This document shows positions 8,717 to 19,426 of a stretch of DNA of 64,000 nucleotides, in pieces. The position numbers and the translations under genes were made by a program. Position 1 is the stretch's first letter, and every line of letters starts with the position of its first letter. The notes below the pieces were generated by a model. The model was not told where the DNA came from. It did not search any database and saw only the letters and a list, made by a program, of their open reading frames with translations. Origin of the DNA: Alphaproteobacteria bacterium (GTDB lineage: Bacteria > Pseudomonadota > Alphaproteobacteria > UBA7887); the NCBI GenBank assembly GCA_965216755.1, contig CBDCGL010000011.1, positions 1,216,001-1,280,000 of the forward strand, written 5' to 3'.

Positions 8717-10816
8717 CTACCCCTCTACCAAAGAGAAATCGGCGACCGCGCTCAACGCCCGCGGAATCTGCGACAGCAAACGCAGTCGATTGCGGCGAAC
8801 CTCGGGATCCTCGCAATTCACCGTGACATGGTCGAAGAACGCATCGACAGGTGCACGTAATTGCGCCAAGGCAGTCATTGCATCGCTATAGTTTTCCGTC
8901 GATAAAGCCGCAGCGATTGTTTCGCCAACCCGCGCCAGGTCACGGCTTAGTTGTCGCTCCTCGGCCTGTTCAAGCAGGCCTTCGTCGACCGGGTCACGAT
9001 AGCTGGTCTTGTCTTTTTTGGTCTCGATACGGACGATATTGCTGGCGCGTTTGTGAGCCGCCAACAAATTGCGGCCATCGTCAGTATCCAAGAAGTCCTT
9101 CAAGGCATTGGCGCGATCAACGACACGGACCAAATCATCGTCGCGGCCCGCCCCCAAAACCGCCGTCACCAAATCGTGGCGCAACCCCGATTCACGCATA
9201 TGAACCTTCAGGCGATCGGCAAAAAACGCCAGCAAATCGTCCGCCCGCGCCGAAATGACGTCATCGGCGAGCGCGGTCTTCGATCCATCTTGGGCCACCA
9301 CTTCGATCCCCCCGAGCGCCTTGTGAAACAGACCAAGCAAACCGATACGTAACCGGTTCTCCAGCATCAAACGGACTATGCCCAAGGCGGCCCGGCGCAA
9401 GGCAAATGGATCTTTTGAACCGGTTGGTTTCTCTTCAACAGCCCAAAAACCGGCAAGGGTATCGACCTTGTCGGCCAACGCGACGGCGACAGAAGCCGGT
9501 GCGCGCGGGCAATCGTCGTTGGGCCCCAGCGGCGAATAGTGCTCCGCGATCGCATCCGCGACCGCCGCCGGCTCGCCATCATGTCGTGCATAATACCTAC
9601 CCATGATCCCTTGCAGTTCAGGGAATTCATAAACCATGTCGGTCAGCAGATCGGCCTTACACAGCTGGGCGGCGCGTTGCGCGGCAGCGATATCTGTTCC
9701 GGGCACCAATTCCGCAATTTTGGTCGAAAGCGCAATCATGCGTCGCGCTTTGTCGGCGATGGTCCCGAGACGAGCGTGAAACACGATCTCGGACAGGCGT
9801 CCCGCACGCGCCGCCAATGTGGTCTTGCGGTCTTGATCCCAAAAGAACTTGGCATCGTGCAATCTTGCGCGCAGCACGCGCTCATTGCCGGCGACGATGG
9901 CCTCGCCGCCGTCTGGCGCCGCCAAGTTTGCGACAAGCACGAAACGCGGCGCCAGCTTGCCCGTGCTGTCGCGCAAGGCGATGAATTTCTGGTGGCTGCG
10001 CATTGCCGTGGTCAAAACCTCGGGCGGCAGCTCCATGAACGCGGTGTCCATGCTGCCGATCAAAGGCTCCGGCCATTCGACGAGCCCAGCCAGCTCGTCA
10101 AGGAGCGCGGGATCGTCCACCAACGCGAGCGCCGAACGTGCCGCCAATTCCGTGGCCCGCGCCACAATCTGCGCGCGCCTTTCCGCACCGTCGAGCACTA
10201 CGTAGTTGTCACGCAACTTCCGTTCATAGTCGGCGAAATCCACAATGTCGATTACATCGGGAGCCATAAAGCGGTGACCCTGAGTGGTCACGTTCGATGT
10301 GATGCCGTCACCAAGGTCGAGCCCGACCGGCGCGCCGTCAAAGGCGCATAAGACATTGTGAAGAGGTCGCACCCAACGCAGTTTGCCCGTGCCCCAACGC
10401 ATGGATTTTGGCCAGGGAAAGCGCGCGATCACGTCTGGCACAATCTCGCCAAGCAAATCGGCCGTCGGACGACCGTCCTGCGCAACAATTGCGACATGAA
10501 ACCGGCCCTTGCCGAGTTCGCGCTCCTCCAACTGAGCACGAGTCTGGCCGACCGAACGCAGAAAGCCGTCGATCGCCTGGTCTGGCGCGCCCACGCGCGG
10601 CCCGCGGCGCTCCTCGCGGATATCCGGTTGTGCCGCGTGAAGATCGTCGATAACCAGGGCCAGGCGTCGTGGCGTCGCAAAGCTACGCGCCGTACCATAG
10701 TCGAGACCGGCATCATCAAGACGTCCACAGATCAATCGCGTCAGATCCGCCGCCGCGCGCCCCTGCATGCGCGCGGGAATTTCCTCACTTAGAAGCTCAA
10801 TGAGCAGTTCGGGCAT
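8717..10816 (-). CDS. glyS: Glycine--tRNA ligase beta subunit
   Basis: ELLSEEIPARMQ, TPRRL, WPKSMRWG, EFPELQGIMG, TGSKDPFALRR, NRLRLL. Confidence 0.97.
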   Translation of the reverse strand: MPELLIELLSEEIPARMQGRAAADLTRLICGRLDDAGLDYGTARSFATPRRLALVIDDLHAAQPDIREERRGPRVGAPDQAIDGFLRSVGQTRAQLEERELGKGRFHVAIVAQDGRPTADLLGEIVPDVIARFPWPKSMRWGTGKLRWVRPLHNVLCAFDGAPVGLDLGDGITSNVTTQGHRFMAPDVIDIVDFADYERKLRDNYVVLDGAERRAQIVARATELAARSALALVDDPALLDELAGLVEWPEPLIGSMDTAFMELPPEVLTTAMRSHQKFIALRDSTGKLAPRFVLVANLAAPDGGEAIVAGNERVLRARLHDAKFFWDQDRKTTLAARAGRLSEIVFHARLGTIADKARRMIALSTKIAELVPGTDIAAAQRAAQLCKADLLTDMVYEFPELQGIMGRYYARHDGEPAAVADAIAEHYSPLGPNDDCPRAPASVAVALADKVDTLAGFWAVEEKPTGSKDPFALRRAALGIVRLMLENRLRIGLLGLFHKALGGIEVVAQDGSKTALADDVISARADDLLAFFADRLKVHMRESGLRHDLVTAVLGAGRDDDLVRVVDRANALKDFLDTDDGRNLLAAHKRASNIVRIETKKDKTSYRDPVDEGLLEQAEERQLSRDLARVGETIAAALSTENYSDAMTALAQLRAPVDAFFDHVTVNCEDPEVRRNRLRLLSQIPRALSAVADFSLVEG

Positions 10817-10819
10817 GAC

Positions 10820-11119
10820 CTAGAGCAGTGTCCGACAATATTGAATCAATTCTGTTTGCGGCCCGGCGTGGCGATCCACGCGCAGGCCGGCGCAGCGCAA
10901 TGTTGTTTCATCGGGCAAGCCATTCGGCAATGTGGTCGTCCACATGGATTCCCATTGGCGTCGCCCGCCAGTCGCAAACCCGCAGGGCCGGGCGCTCTTG
11001 TGTCAAATCCAGCGCGGCGGCCCTTGGCCGTATGCTCGATACGACCGGCACGTCGCCGCTCGGCCTTGACACAAAATCGCTCCGGCAGAATGGATCAATG
11101 TTGTCGGACACTGCTCTAG
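10820..11119. repeat. MITE-like palindromic element, copy 1 (300 bp)
   Basis: Terminal inverted repeats ctagagcagtgtccgacaa...ttgtcggacactgctctag with internal hairpins; homologous to 29177 and 59799. Confidence 0.85.
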
Positions 11120-11127
11120 ACCCAGGC

Positions 11128-12003
11128 TTATGCTGTGCTCTCAATTGCCAGCCAGGCTTCACAGCAACGCTTGGCCAGCGCGCGCACGCGGCCGATATAG
11201 GCGGCGCGCTCCGCAACGCTGATCACCCCACGCGCATCCAACAAATTGAACAAATGACTTGCCGCAATGCACTGGTCGTACGCCGGCAACGGCAGCTTCT
11301 CGTCGACGAGCGTATTGCATTCGGTTTCCGCATCGACGAAGTGACGACGCAACATGTCGACATCAGCGACCGTGAAGTTGTGGTGGGAATATTCACGCTC
11401 TGCTTGCAGGAATACGTCACCATAGGATACACCGGCTCCATTCCAATCCAGATCGTAAACGTTTTCAACACCTTGGATATACATGGCCAATCTTTCGAGA
11501 CCATATGTCAATTCGCCTGAAACCGGGTCGCAGTCAAAGCCACCAACCTGCTGAAAATAGGTGAATTGCGATACTTCCATGCCGTCGCACCAGACCTCCC
11601 ACCCCAGCCCCCAGGCACCCAAGGTTGGACTTTCCCAATCGTCTTCGACAAATCGAATATCGTGAACTGCCGAATCGATCCCCAGCGTGCTTAGGCTTTC
11701 CAGATATAGATCTTGGATGTTGGCGGGCGACGGCTTCAGGATGACCTGGAACTGATAGTAATGTTGTAACCGGTTGGGATTTTCACCGTAGCGTCCGTCG
11801 GTCGGCCGGCGTGACGGCTGAACATATGCGACGTTCCATGGCTTTGGCCCCAGACTCCGCAACAATGTGGCCGGATGAAACGTGCCGGCGCCAACCATCA
11901 TGTCGTAGGGCTGAAGGATCACACAGCCCTTCTCCGCCCAATAGGTTTGTAGCCTGATAATCAGCGCTTGGAACGTCGGCACGCCGGGCTTGCCTGCGGC
12001 CAT
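11128..12003 (-). CDS. glyQ: Glycine--tRNA ligase alpha subunit
   Basis: [47 protein letters not shown]. Confidence 0.98.
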   Translation of the reverse strand: MAAGKPGVPTFQALIIRLQTYWAEKGCVILQPYDMMVGAGTFHPATLLRSLGPKPWNVAYVQPSRRPTDGRYGENPNRLQHYYQFQVILKPSPANIQDLYLESLSTLGIDSAVHDIRFVEDDWESPTLGAWGLGWEVWCDGMEVSQFTYFQQVGGFDCDPVSGELTYGLERLAMYIQGVENVYDLDWNGAGVSYGDVFLQAEREYSHHNFTVADVDMLRRHFVDAETECNTLVDEKLPLPAYDQCIAASHLFNLLDARGVISVAERAAYIGRVRALAKRCCEAWLAIESTA

Positions 12004-12109
12004 GGCTCAATGTCCTGGGGCAGAGTTGGGTAAGCGGGCGCAACATACGGGTGGCCCCACATTGGGTCAAGCGGCACGCGGGCCGGCACACGGCAAGGCA
12101 ACACGGTCC

Positions 12110-12373
12110 TCATCCGGGATACGGGCAATCATCTCGACCACAGGCCCGGGCACCGCCGACACTTACATAGGTACCGCAGCTGGGACATGCGACCATGTCC
12201 TCTGTGTCGTTTGACGCGGCTTCGGATCGGCGGCTCTTGGGTGTCTTGCGCGCCGCCGCCTTAACGCGCTGCTTGCGCTCAGCGTCGAGGCGCCCAACCA
12301 TCTTGAAGCCATACCAGACGATCAGCACGATGGCGATCGTGAACAACAGCTTAGTTAGGCTAAAGCCGAACAT
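12110..12373 (-). CDS. Small membrane-anchored protein with C-terminal Cys cluster
   Basis: N-terminal TM (MFGFSLTKLLFTIAIVLIVWYGFK) and EDMVACPSCGTYV...C...C. Confidence 0.7.
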   Translation of the reverse strand: MFGFSLTKLLFTIAIVLIVWYGFKMVGRLDAERKQRVKAAARKTPKSRRSEAASNDTEDMVACPSCGTYVSVGGARACGRDDCPYPG

Positions 12374-12408
12374 CGCCCCTCACCCAAAGCAGTTCCTCGT
12401 ATTCCTGG

Positions 12409-13245
12409 CTAGAGACCGAAACGCGCCCAGACGGCGCGCGCCTCAAGCGCCGCGACAACGCCTGATATCAGATCCGGCGTCCCACCCGCGAAATCGTCCG
12501 GTGCGGTCATGCGCAGCCGACGTCGTATCCAACCTCGGCTTGCTTGCACCAATTTTAGCTTTACCTTATCGCCGAACCGCTCACGCAAAATCGTGCGCAT
12601 ATCTCCAATGCCGTCAACCAGACCCAATTGCTGCGCCTGTGTGCCGGTCCAAATATCGCCGTTGAACAACGCGTCGTCATCCGCTTTCAACCGCCGCCCA
12701 CGTCGGTCGCGCACGTGCTGCTTAAACGATTCAAATATGTCTTTTTGAATGGATTCGAGACGCGCCACGTCCTCATCCTTGGCCGGGCTGAACGGGTCCA
12801 ACAGGGCCTTGTGTGCTCCCTGCGCATAAATGCGACGCTCGACGCCTACCTTTTTCAATGCCTCGGTGAAGCCAAAACTTGCCGATATGACGCCGATCGA
12901 TCCGACAATCGAAGTCGACTCCGCAAAAATCTCATCACCAGCGCAAGCCAACCAATAACCACCTGACGCGGCCACGTCTTCAACGAACGCGAAAACCGGC
13001 AAGTCCTTCTCGCGCGCCAAGGCGCGGATGCGTTTGCCAATCAATGTCGATTGCACCGGCGACCCACCAGGCGAGTTGATCGCCAGGGCGACCGCGCGGG
13101 CGCCACGCAGGGCAAAGGCATGTTGGATCGGGCCAGCCAAGTCGGCCAGATTCAGCGCGCCGCGAAACGGTTGCGCCGTCGGCGAGATTACGCCTGACAG
13201 CCGCAGAACAGGTACGATCGGTGCCGAAGACCGAAACGGCCACAT
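12409..13245 (-). CDS. S49 family peptidase (SppA/SohB-like)
   Basis: INSPGGSPVQS, AASGGYWLA, SIVGSIGV; start at MWPF (13245). Confidence 0.9.
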   Translation of the reverse strand: MWPFRSSAPIVPVLRLSGVISPTAQPFRGALNLADLAGPIQHAFALRGARAVALAINSPGGSPVQSTLIGKRIRALAREKDLPVFAFVEDVAASGGYWLACAGDEIFAESTSIVGSIGVISASFGFTEALKKVGVERRIYAQGAHKALLDPFSPAKDEDVARLESIQKDIFESFKQHVRDRRGRRLKADDDALFNGDIWTGTQAQQLGLVDGIGDMRTILRERFGDKVKLKLVQASRGWIRRRLRMTAPDDFAGGTPDLISGVVAALEARAVWARFGL

Positions 13246-13331
13246 TTTACTTGTTACTTGCCATTGCCTATAGACCGACACCGAGCGCAAGTCGACGACG
13301 ATCGGGGGTTCGTGGTTTAGCACGCGCCATG

Positions 13332-14084
13332 TCATAGAACCAGAGCTTGTGCGTCTCGCAAGACCGCGCGCGCCGCCGATGTATATTCGCCGCCGTCTTG
13401 GTGCAAGACAAGGCCGGGGGCGATCCGGCTTGGTGTCGCAACATCGCGTCGTCCTTGCACCAGCACCCGCTTGGCCGCCCGCCCCGCACGCGGCCATAAC
13501 GGATAGATCACAAGCCCGCCGAAAATACCGTTCATAGCCTGCAGCAAGTCGTCTACTCGATCGGCCCGGTGAATAAACGTGACAGTCCCTTTCGCTCGGA
13601 CCTGTTTTGCGGCGCATTGGATCCAATCATCCAAGCTGCCACGAACTTCGACACGACTGGCGTCCCTACGGCAACTCGGCGGCGCGCGATCTAAAGTCAT
13701 ATAAGGCGGGTTGGCCAACACATGATCATAGTCCCCAGTTAGCGACGCGTGCGGCGCCACAATATCGCCAACGTAAACGTCGATCTGGCGCTGGAAACCG
13801 TTTGCATACGCGTTGCGGGCCGCCAGGGCAGCACGGTCAGCGTCCAGTTCCAGACCATCCAGCGTGCAACCAGGCACGCGCGCGATCAGGCATAGCGCAG
13901 CCGCACCACAGCCGACGCCGAGTTCGAGCACCCGCTGGCCACGCTTGACCGGGACCGCCGCGGCCAACAAGACCGGGTCGATGGCGACTCGATAGCCGAG
14001 CGTTGGCTGCGATAATGTGACCCGCCCGTCAAGTAGGGTATCGGTCGTCGACAGCTCATCACGACCAACCATGACGCTACTCAT
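13332..14084 (-). CDS. tRNA1(Val) adenine-N6 methyltransferase-like SAM-dependent MTase
   Basis: GYRVAIDPVLLAA, VLELGVGCG, ANPPY, FIHRADR; start approximate. Confidence 0.85.
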   Translation of the reverse strand: MSSVMVGRDELSTTDTLLDGRVTLSQPTLGYRVAIDPVLLAAAVPVKRGQRVLELGVGCGAAALCLIARVPGCTLDGLELDADRAALAARNAYANGFQRQIDVYVGDIVAPHASLTGDYDHVLANPPYMTLDRAPPSCRRDASRVEVRGSLDDWIQCAAKQVRAKGTVTFIHRADRVDDLLQAMNGIFGGLVIYPLWPRAGRAAKRVLVQGRRDVATPSRIAPGLVLHQDGGEYTSAARAVLRDAQALVL

Positions 14085-14295
14085 TGGTATATTCGATATC
14101 TGCATCCGTCAGCACCCGCCGCGCCTGGCTGAGGTCGTCGTCAGCCACCATGATGCGGCGCGGAAGGACGCCAATCGAACCTTCCAGAATGCTCATATTG
14201 GTGTCGAGCACGACCGGATCGATATGCGCATCACGCAGCAACGCGCAAACCCACGAAATCTTGACCGGGTCGCTGGTTTTCAAGATTAGCTTCAA
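14077..14295 (-). CDS. DUF2007 family small protein
   Basis: DPVKISW..ALL...IDPVVLDTNMSILEGSIGVLPRRIMV; usual position between this MTase and ispB. Confidence 0.8.
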   Translation of the reverse strand: MKLILKTSDPVKISWVCALLRDAHIDPVVLDTNMSILEGSIGVLPRRIMVADDDLSQARRVLTDADIEYTNE

Positions 14296-14456
14296 AGACC
14301 AATATCCATCTATCGAGTCGGATTTCGTTGGGCGGTACAGGCGCTTGACCGCCCGCGCACCGCGCTTCTATGCTCGGCGGCGCTGGGCGGCCCGTCAAGT
14401 CGTCGAACAGTCGACAGCCTGAGCCCCGACCCTGTCATCGAAGGAGGACCAGCATT

Positions 14457-15479
14457 GTGGCGATAGCCACCGACCCCAATGCCGTGCCGTTGCGGGCGAC
14501 GAGAGCTTCGCTCGACGATGTTCAAGCGCCGATCCGCGGCGATCTGCTCGCCGTCAACCGGTTGATATTGGACCGCATGCAGAGTTCGGTGGGCCTGATC
14601 CCGCAGCTTGCCGGGCATATTGTGTCGTCGGGTGGTAAACGCATTCGTCCGACATTGACACTCTTGGCCGCACGCCTGTGCGAATATGCCGGGCGCCGGC
14701 AAATTGCCTTGGCTGCCTGCGTAGAATTCATCCATACCGCAACGCTATTACACGACGACGTGGTCGATGTGAGTGCGCTGCGCCGCGGTCAGGCAACCGC
14801 AAATGCCGTGTGGGGCAACCAGGCGAGTGTTTTGGTCGGCGATTTTCTGTTCAGTCGAGCATTTCAGCTGATGGTTAAAGACGGCTCGCTGCGCGTGTTG
14901 GACATACTCTCGAACGCATCGGCGGTGATTGCGGAAGGCGAAGTGATGCAGCTGGTCACGTCCAACGACGTTGGCACCAGCGAGGCCGACTATTTAGCCG
15001 TCATCACCGCAAAGACAGCGACACTGTTTGCGGCAGCTTGCGAAATTGGTGGGGTTGTCGCCGAAAGACCAGCGCGCGAGTGCGAGGCCCTGGCGGAATT
15101 TGGCCTGAATCTTGGTATCGCGTTTCAACTGATCGATGATTGGTTGGACTATGCGGCTAACGACAGCGCGCTCGGGAAATCCGTGGGCGACGATTTTCGC
15201 GAAGGCAAGATCACGTTGCCTGTGGTCTTGGCATATGCGCGCGGCAGTGAGGCAGAAAGGAGCTTTTGGCGGCGCACCGTTGTCGAGTGCGAGCAGGCCG
15301 AAGGTGACTTCGCACGCGCGGCTCAGTATATGGCAGCCCATGGCGCTTTCGAAGCGACTTTAGAAAAGGCGCAGAGCTATGCTAATGCTGCGCGTGCGGC
15401 CTTACGCGGGTTTGCGGACAGCACGCCCAAACGCGCACTCCTGGCAGCGGTCGATGTCTGTGTCGAGCGAACATGTTGA
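14457..15479 (+). CDS. ispB: Octaprenyl/decaprenyl diphosphate synthase
   Basis: GGKRIRP, LLHDDVVD (FARM), FQLIDD (SARM), GKSVGDD; GTG start after AAGGAGG. Confidence 0.92.
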   Translation: MAIATDPNAVPLRATRASLDDVQAPIRGDLLAVNRLILDRMQSSVGLIPQLAGHIVSSGGKRIRPTLTLLAARLCEYAGRRQIALAACVEFIHTATLLHDDVVDVSALRRGQATANAVWGNQASVLVGDFLFSRAFQLMVKDGSLRVLDILSNASAVIAEGEVMQLVTSNDVGTSEADYLAVITAKTATLFAAACEIGGVVAERPARECEALAEFGLNLGIAFQLIDDWLDYAANDSALGKSVGDDFREGKITLPVVLAYARGSEAERSFWRRTVVECEQAEGDFARAAQYMAAHGAFEATLEKAQSYANAARAALRGFADSTPKRALLAAVDVCVERTC

Positions 15480-15560
15480 CCGTTGGCTGAGATGGCGGGT
15501 CGGACCGGCCCGCACGGCCGCACAGAGCAGCCCTGATCGTCAATTCAACGGAAATCAACC

Positions 15561-16040
15561 TCAGGCATCGGACGATTCAGATTGCGCCTGGATATAGTTC
15601 TGCAGCCCCATCCGTTCGATTAATCCCAGCTGTGTCTCCAGCCAATCGACGTGCCCTTCTTCGCTCGCGAGAATCTCCCGAAAGAGCTTCCGGCTCACAA
15701 AGTCCTCGACTTGCTCACAATGCACAATCGCTTCGCGCAAAGCGGGCATCGCCGCATTCTCAAGTCGTAAATCGCATGCCAGAATTTCGGCGACGTCCTC
15801 GCCGATCGTGAGCTTGCCGAGATCTTGAAGATTGGGCAAACCTTCCAGGAAGAGGATTCGCTCGATCAAGTGGTCCGCATGACGCATTTCGTCCATCGAC
15901 TCGGCATATTCGTGGACCGCCAGTTTTGCGACACCCCAATCCTTGAGCATTCGCGAATGCAGGAAATATTGGTTGATTGCGGTCAACTCGTTCTTCAGCA
16001 CCGCATTCAAATGCTTGATGACGCCTTTATCACCCTTCAT
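15561..16040 (-). CDS. bfr: Bacterioferritin
   Basis: MKGD...[45 protein letters not shown]. Confidence 0.97.
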   Translation of the reverse strand: MKGDKGVIKHLNAVLKNELTAINQYFLHSRMLKDWGVAKLAVHEYAESMDEMRHADHLIERILFLEGLPNLQDLGKLTIGEDVAEILACDLRLENAAMPALREAIVHCEQVEDFVSRKLFREILASEEGHVDWLETQLGLIERMGLQNYIQAQSESSDA

Positions 16041-16239
16041 GGCAAACGAATTTGTCTCCTCCAACGGGTGCTACGATCGGCAAATGGCACACCAAACTGC
16101 CTAGCGCCGCACCACCGACCGACCCGCGTTTAGGGCCGCACAATCCGATTGGCAAGCACTTTCGCCACCGCGCAAACGCGAAATCCGAAAATGGGCACGC
16201 GTCGCCCCCTCAACGCCGTGCCTACAGCCGCCCCACTTC

Positions 16240-16437
16240 CTAATCGGCAGGCGTCGACTGCGTTTCCGTCTGATCTAGCCAATCCGCGACTGTCTGGAAC
16301 GCATCAAGTCGGCGTTGCTCGGGATGGTAATGCCGGTAAACCCGAACGGCGGCGTCAAACGCACGCGCCTCGTCGTGATTGGCTTTCCGAAGCTCCACAT
16401 AAGTGTTGGTGACGGCTTTTTGGCACTGACACGCCAT
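16240..16437 (-). CDS. Small hypothetical protein (CxC, RHYHPE) upstream of bfr
   Basis: 65-aa ORF, same strand as bfr, preceded by GGGG RBS and a Fur-like box. Confidence 0.6.
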   Translation of the reverse strand: MACQCQKAVTNTYVELRKANHDEARAFDAAVRVYRHYHPEQRRLDAFQTVADWLDQTETQSTPAD

Positions 16438-16452
16438 GACTGAGCCCCATAC

Positions 16453-16474
16453 TGAGATCGATTATCACTTGCGA
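16453..16474 (-). promoter_or_regulatory. Fur-like iron-regulatory box
   Basis: Minus strand TGATAATCGATCTCA matches 11/14 of the 7-1-7 TGATAATnATTATCA consensus; upstream of small ORF and bfr. Confidence 0.5.
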
Positions 16475-16562
16475 TTTTGACCCTAAATTTCCCATGGGTA
16501 AACCGCTTTTTTCTTATACAAGGAATCTGATCATAAACGGATGATTTTAGGCTGCGGTGCGA

Positions 16563-17021
16563 TCAATTCTTGCCCTGGCGCGGAACCGTCCGGGTTTCAT
16601 CATCGGCGTCGCGTTGGCGATATTGCGTCAATGCGACTTCATCCAACGTTCGCTGCGCACGTCGAGCCGCTGCCGCCTGCTCCGCCGCAACTCGTCTCTG
16701 CTGGGCAATCTCATAGCGCTTTAACACCGTGAAACTCTCGGCAACAGCTTCGCGGGCGACGTCAATTTCCGGTTCGAGGGCCGCGATCATGTCCTCCAGC
16801 GCACCCTCTTCCAGAAGAACACGACGCACATAGTCGCCGTAGCTCGCGGCCAAGGCGGGCTCCATGTGTACCAGCGCGTGCTCGGCCGCCATAGCGCCGC
16901 GCAGTGCCGCCTTTCTTTCAATCAGGGCGTCCTGTCGCGCGATGATCCCAGCCAACGCACGGCGCTTCTCGTCCACCTCTTCCTTTTGCAGACGGATGAG
17001 GCTTTTCAGAGTCTTGGTCAA
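16563..17021 (-). CDS. fliJ: Flagellar export protein FliJ
   Basis: Coiled coil LKSLIRL...VDEKRR...LKRYEIA...LDE, coupled to fliI. Confidence 0.8.
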   Translation of the reverse strand: MTKTLKSLIRLQKEEVDEKRRALAGIIARQDALIERKAALRGAMAAEHALVHMEPALAASYGDYVRRVLLEEGALEDMIAALEPEIDVAREAVAESFTVLKRYEIAQQRRVAAEQAAAARRAQRTLDEVALTQYRQRDADDETRTVPRQGKN

Positions 17022-18343
17022 TTCGCGGGCTCAAGGATGCCGGCCAAGGATGCGTAGCCCTGGTCGAGGGTCGACCGTTCGGCGATGCCCTGGCGCAGAA
17101 AGTCTTCAAGCGACTCATGGTAATGGATGGCCTCGTCAACCTCGGGGTCGCTACCACGTCGGTACGCGCCCAACCGGATCATTTCTTCCATATTGGCGTA
17201 GGCTGCCATCAAGCGGCGGGCCCGATTGACCAACGCAGTCTCCGCCTCGCTGTTGCAGCCGGGCATGGTCCGCGAAATGCTGCGCAAGATGTTAACGGCT
17301 GGAAACCGACCGCGCTCTGCAATAGCTCTCTCCATGACGATGTGGCCATCCAAAATGCCACGCACGGCATCCGCGATCGGCTCATCATGATCATCGCCCT
17401 CGACCAAGACCGTAAATAGACCGGTGATGCTGCCCGCATCGATGCCGGGGCCGGCACGTTCCAATACGCGGGGCAGTTCGCCGAAAACAGACGGCGGATA
17501 GCCCTTGGTCGCGGGTGGCTCACCAGCGGTCAGCCCGATCTCGCGTTGCGCCATGGCGAAGCGTGTCACGCTGTCGATGAGACACAAAACATCGCTTCCT
17601 TGATCCCGGAAATATTCGGCGCACGTCATGGTCAAATAGGCGGCTTGCCGGCGCATGAGCGCTGATTCGTCGGAAGTGGCGACCACCACGACAGAGCGCG
17701 CCAAACCCTCCGCGCCCAAATCATCCTGGATGAACTCTTGCACTTCGCGGCCACGTTCACCGATCAGCCCAATGATGTTGACATCGGATGAGGTGTAACG
17801 CGCCATCATCGAAAGCAATACGGACTTGCCCACGCCCGAAGCCGCAAAGATACCCATACGCTGGCCGCGACAGCAGGTTGCAAATGTGTTGAGCGCGCGT
17901 ACACCGAGGTCAACCTTGCCCTCCACACGTTGGCGGGCATGCGCCGGTGGCGGGCGCCCACGGAGCAATCGACCGTGGCGGCCGCGGGGCAATGGTCCGA
18001 GTTCATCGAGGGGTTCGCCGACCGCGTTGACGACCCGACCAAGCCAAGCACGATCCGGATACACCATTGGCTCGGTGTTGCCCAAGCGGACGCGGGCCCC
18101 GAGTGACACGCCCTCTAATGTGTCATAGGGCATGAGTAGCGCCCGATCGGCGCGGAAGCCAACGACTTCACAGCTCACGATATGGCCAAAATTGGTATGG
18201 ATCTGACAACGACTGCCGATCCCCGCGACCCCTTGCAGACCACTGCACTCGACCAGCAGGCCCTGCACCGCACCGACGCGCCCGGTGATTTCATAGGGGC
18301 GCAAATGCTCGATTTCATGGACCAAGTCGGCAACGGTTGACAT
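17018..18343 (-). CDS. fliI: Flagellar export ATPase FliI
   Basis: [53 protein letters not shown]. Confidence 0.96.
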   Translation of the reverse strand: MSTVADLVHEIEHLRPYEITGRVGAVQGLLVECSGLQGVAGIGSRCQIHTNFGHIVSCEVVGFRADRALLMPYDTLEGVSLGARVRLGNTEPMVYPDRAWLGRVVNAVGEPLDELGPLPRGRHGRLLRGRPPPAHARQRVEGKVDLGVRALNTFATCCRGQRMGIFAASGVGKSVLLSMMARYTSSDVNIIGLIGERGREVQEFIQDDLGAEGLARSVVVVATSDESALMRRQAAYLTMTCAEYFRDQGSDVLCLIDSVTRFAMAQREIGLTAGEPPATKGYPPSVFGELPRVLERAGPGIDAGSITGLFTVLVEGDDHDEPIADAVRGILDGHIVMERAIAERGRFPAVNILRSISRTMPGCNSEAETALVNRARRLMAAYANMEEMIRLGAYRRGSDPEVDEAIHYHESLEDFLRQGIAERSTLDQGYASLAGILEPAN

Positions 18344-18597
18344 GGTGATATTTGCCTCACACGGCGCCACAACGACAGACGATATGTACATCGGATTGAA
18401 TTTTTGGCGCTCCCGAATATCCCGCGGCGGACCTTAAGGAACGGTAAATCACGACCATTGGTACCGCTCTCGGTGGGCAACAAAAACAAAGTTTCTGAAA
18501 CACATAATAATGTGATTTCGTTGTTTACCTTTTCGATTCCGCGTCCTATATCTATGGTTAACACTGGTTAACGTAGAAAAAAGGGGGTTTGATCGGG

Positions 18598-19323
18598 ATG
18601 CGGGCCCTGGTTGTCGAAGATGACGCTTATACCTCAAAAATGATCGAGGATGAGCTGTGTTCAGAAGGCTTTGTATGTGAGGTCACCGATTTAGGGGAAG
18701 ACGCCGTAGAACTGGCAAAGTTGTATGATTTTGACATAATTTTGCTTGACTTGATCCTCCCGGATATTGATGGCTACGAGGTCGTTCAGCATCTGCGCTT
18801 GGCCAAAGTCCAGACGCCGATATTGATCTTGTCCAGCCTGGGTGAAACCGACAAGAAAATCCGAGGCCTGAGTTTCGGTGCTGATGATTATTTGACGAAG
18901 CCTTTCGACCGTGGCGAACTGTTAGCGCGTATTCAAGCGATTGTCCGACGGTCAAAAGGTCACTCCCAATCAACCATCACGACGGGAAAGATCTGCGTCA
19001 ACTTGGATGCGCGCACCGTCGAAGTGGGTAGTTCCCCTGTGCACCTAACGGGCAAAGAATACAGCATATTGGAACTACTGTCGTTGCGTAAGGGCACAAC
19101 CCTGACCAAAGAGATGTTTCTCAATCACCTCTATGGCGGAATGGACGAGCCTGAGCTCAAGATTATTGACGTGTTCGTGTGCAAATTGCGGAAGAAACTC
19201 GCGGCAGCAACCGGTGGTGAAAACTATATCGAAACGGTTTGGGGCCGCGGGTACGTTCTGAAGGATCCGCCGGCCGACCCTGTTGTCACTGAGACCCGTA
19301 TGCCCGCCACAGTGCCTGCTTAG
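18598..19323 (+). CDS. ctrA: Cell-cycle response regulator CtrA
   Basis: [63 protein letters not shown]. Confidence 0.96.
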   Translation: MRALVVEDDAYTSKMIEDELCSEGFVCEVTDLGEDAVELAKLYDFDIILLDLILPDIDGYEVVQHLRLAKVQTPILILSSLGETDKKIRGLSFGADDYLTKPFDRGELLARIQAIVRRSKGHSQSTITTGKICVNLDARTVEVGSSPVHLTGKEYSILELLSLRKGTTLTKEMFLNHLYGGMDEPELKIIDVFVCKLRKKLAAATGGENYIETVWGRGYVLKDPPADPVVTETRMPATVPA

Positions 19324-19348
19324 CCTACAAACCGGTCAATCGGCAAAC

Positions 19349-19386
19349 CAATAGGGGCCATCGTCAGCGGACGATGGCCCCTATTG
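19349..19386. terminator. Hairpin between convergent ctrA and cheR
   Basis: caataggggccatcgtc-agcg-gacgatggcccctattg, perfect 17-bp stem. Confidence 0.75.
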
Positions 19387-19426
19387 CGATTTGGTCATTG
19401 TGGCGCTTGATACCACGCGGTGGAAG

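Noticed and set aside
10828-11520. 230-aa + strand ORF, and similar ORFs at 59799-60351
   Set aside because: Frames run through the MITE and antisense to glyQ; similarity between them reflects the DNA repeat, not a protein family
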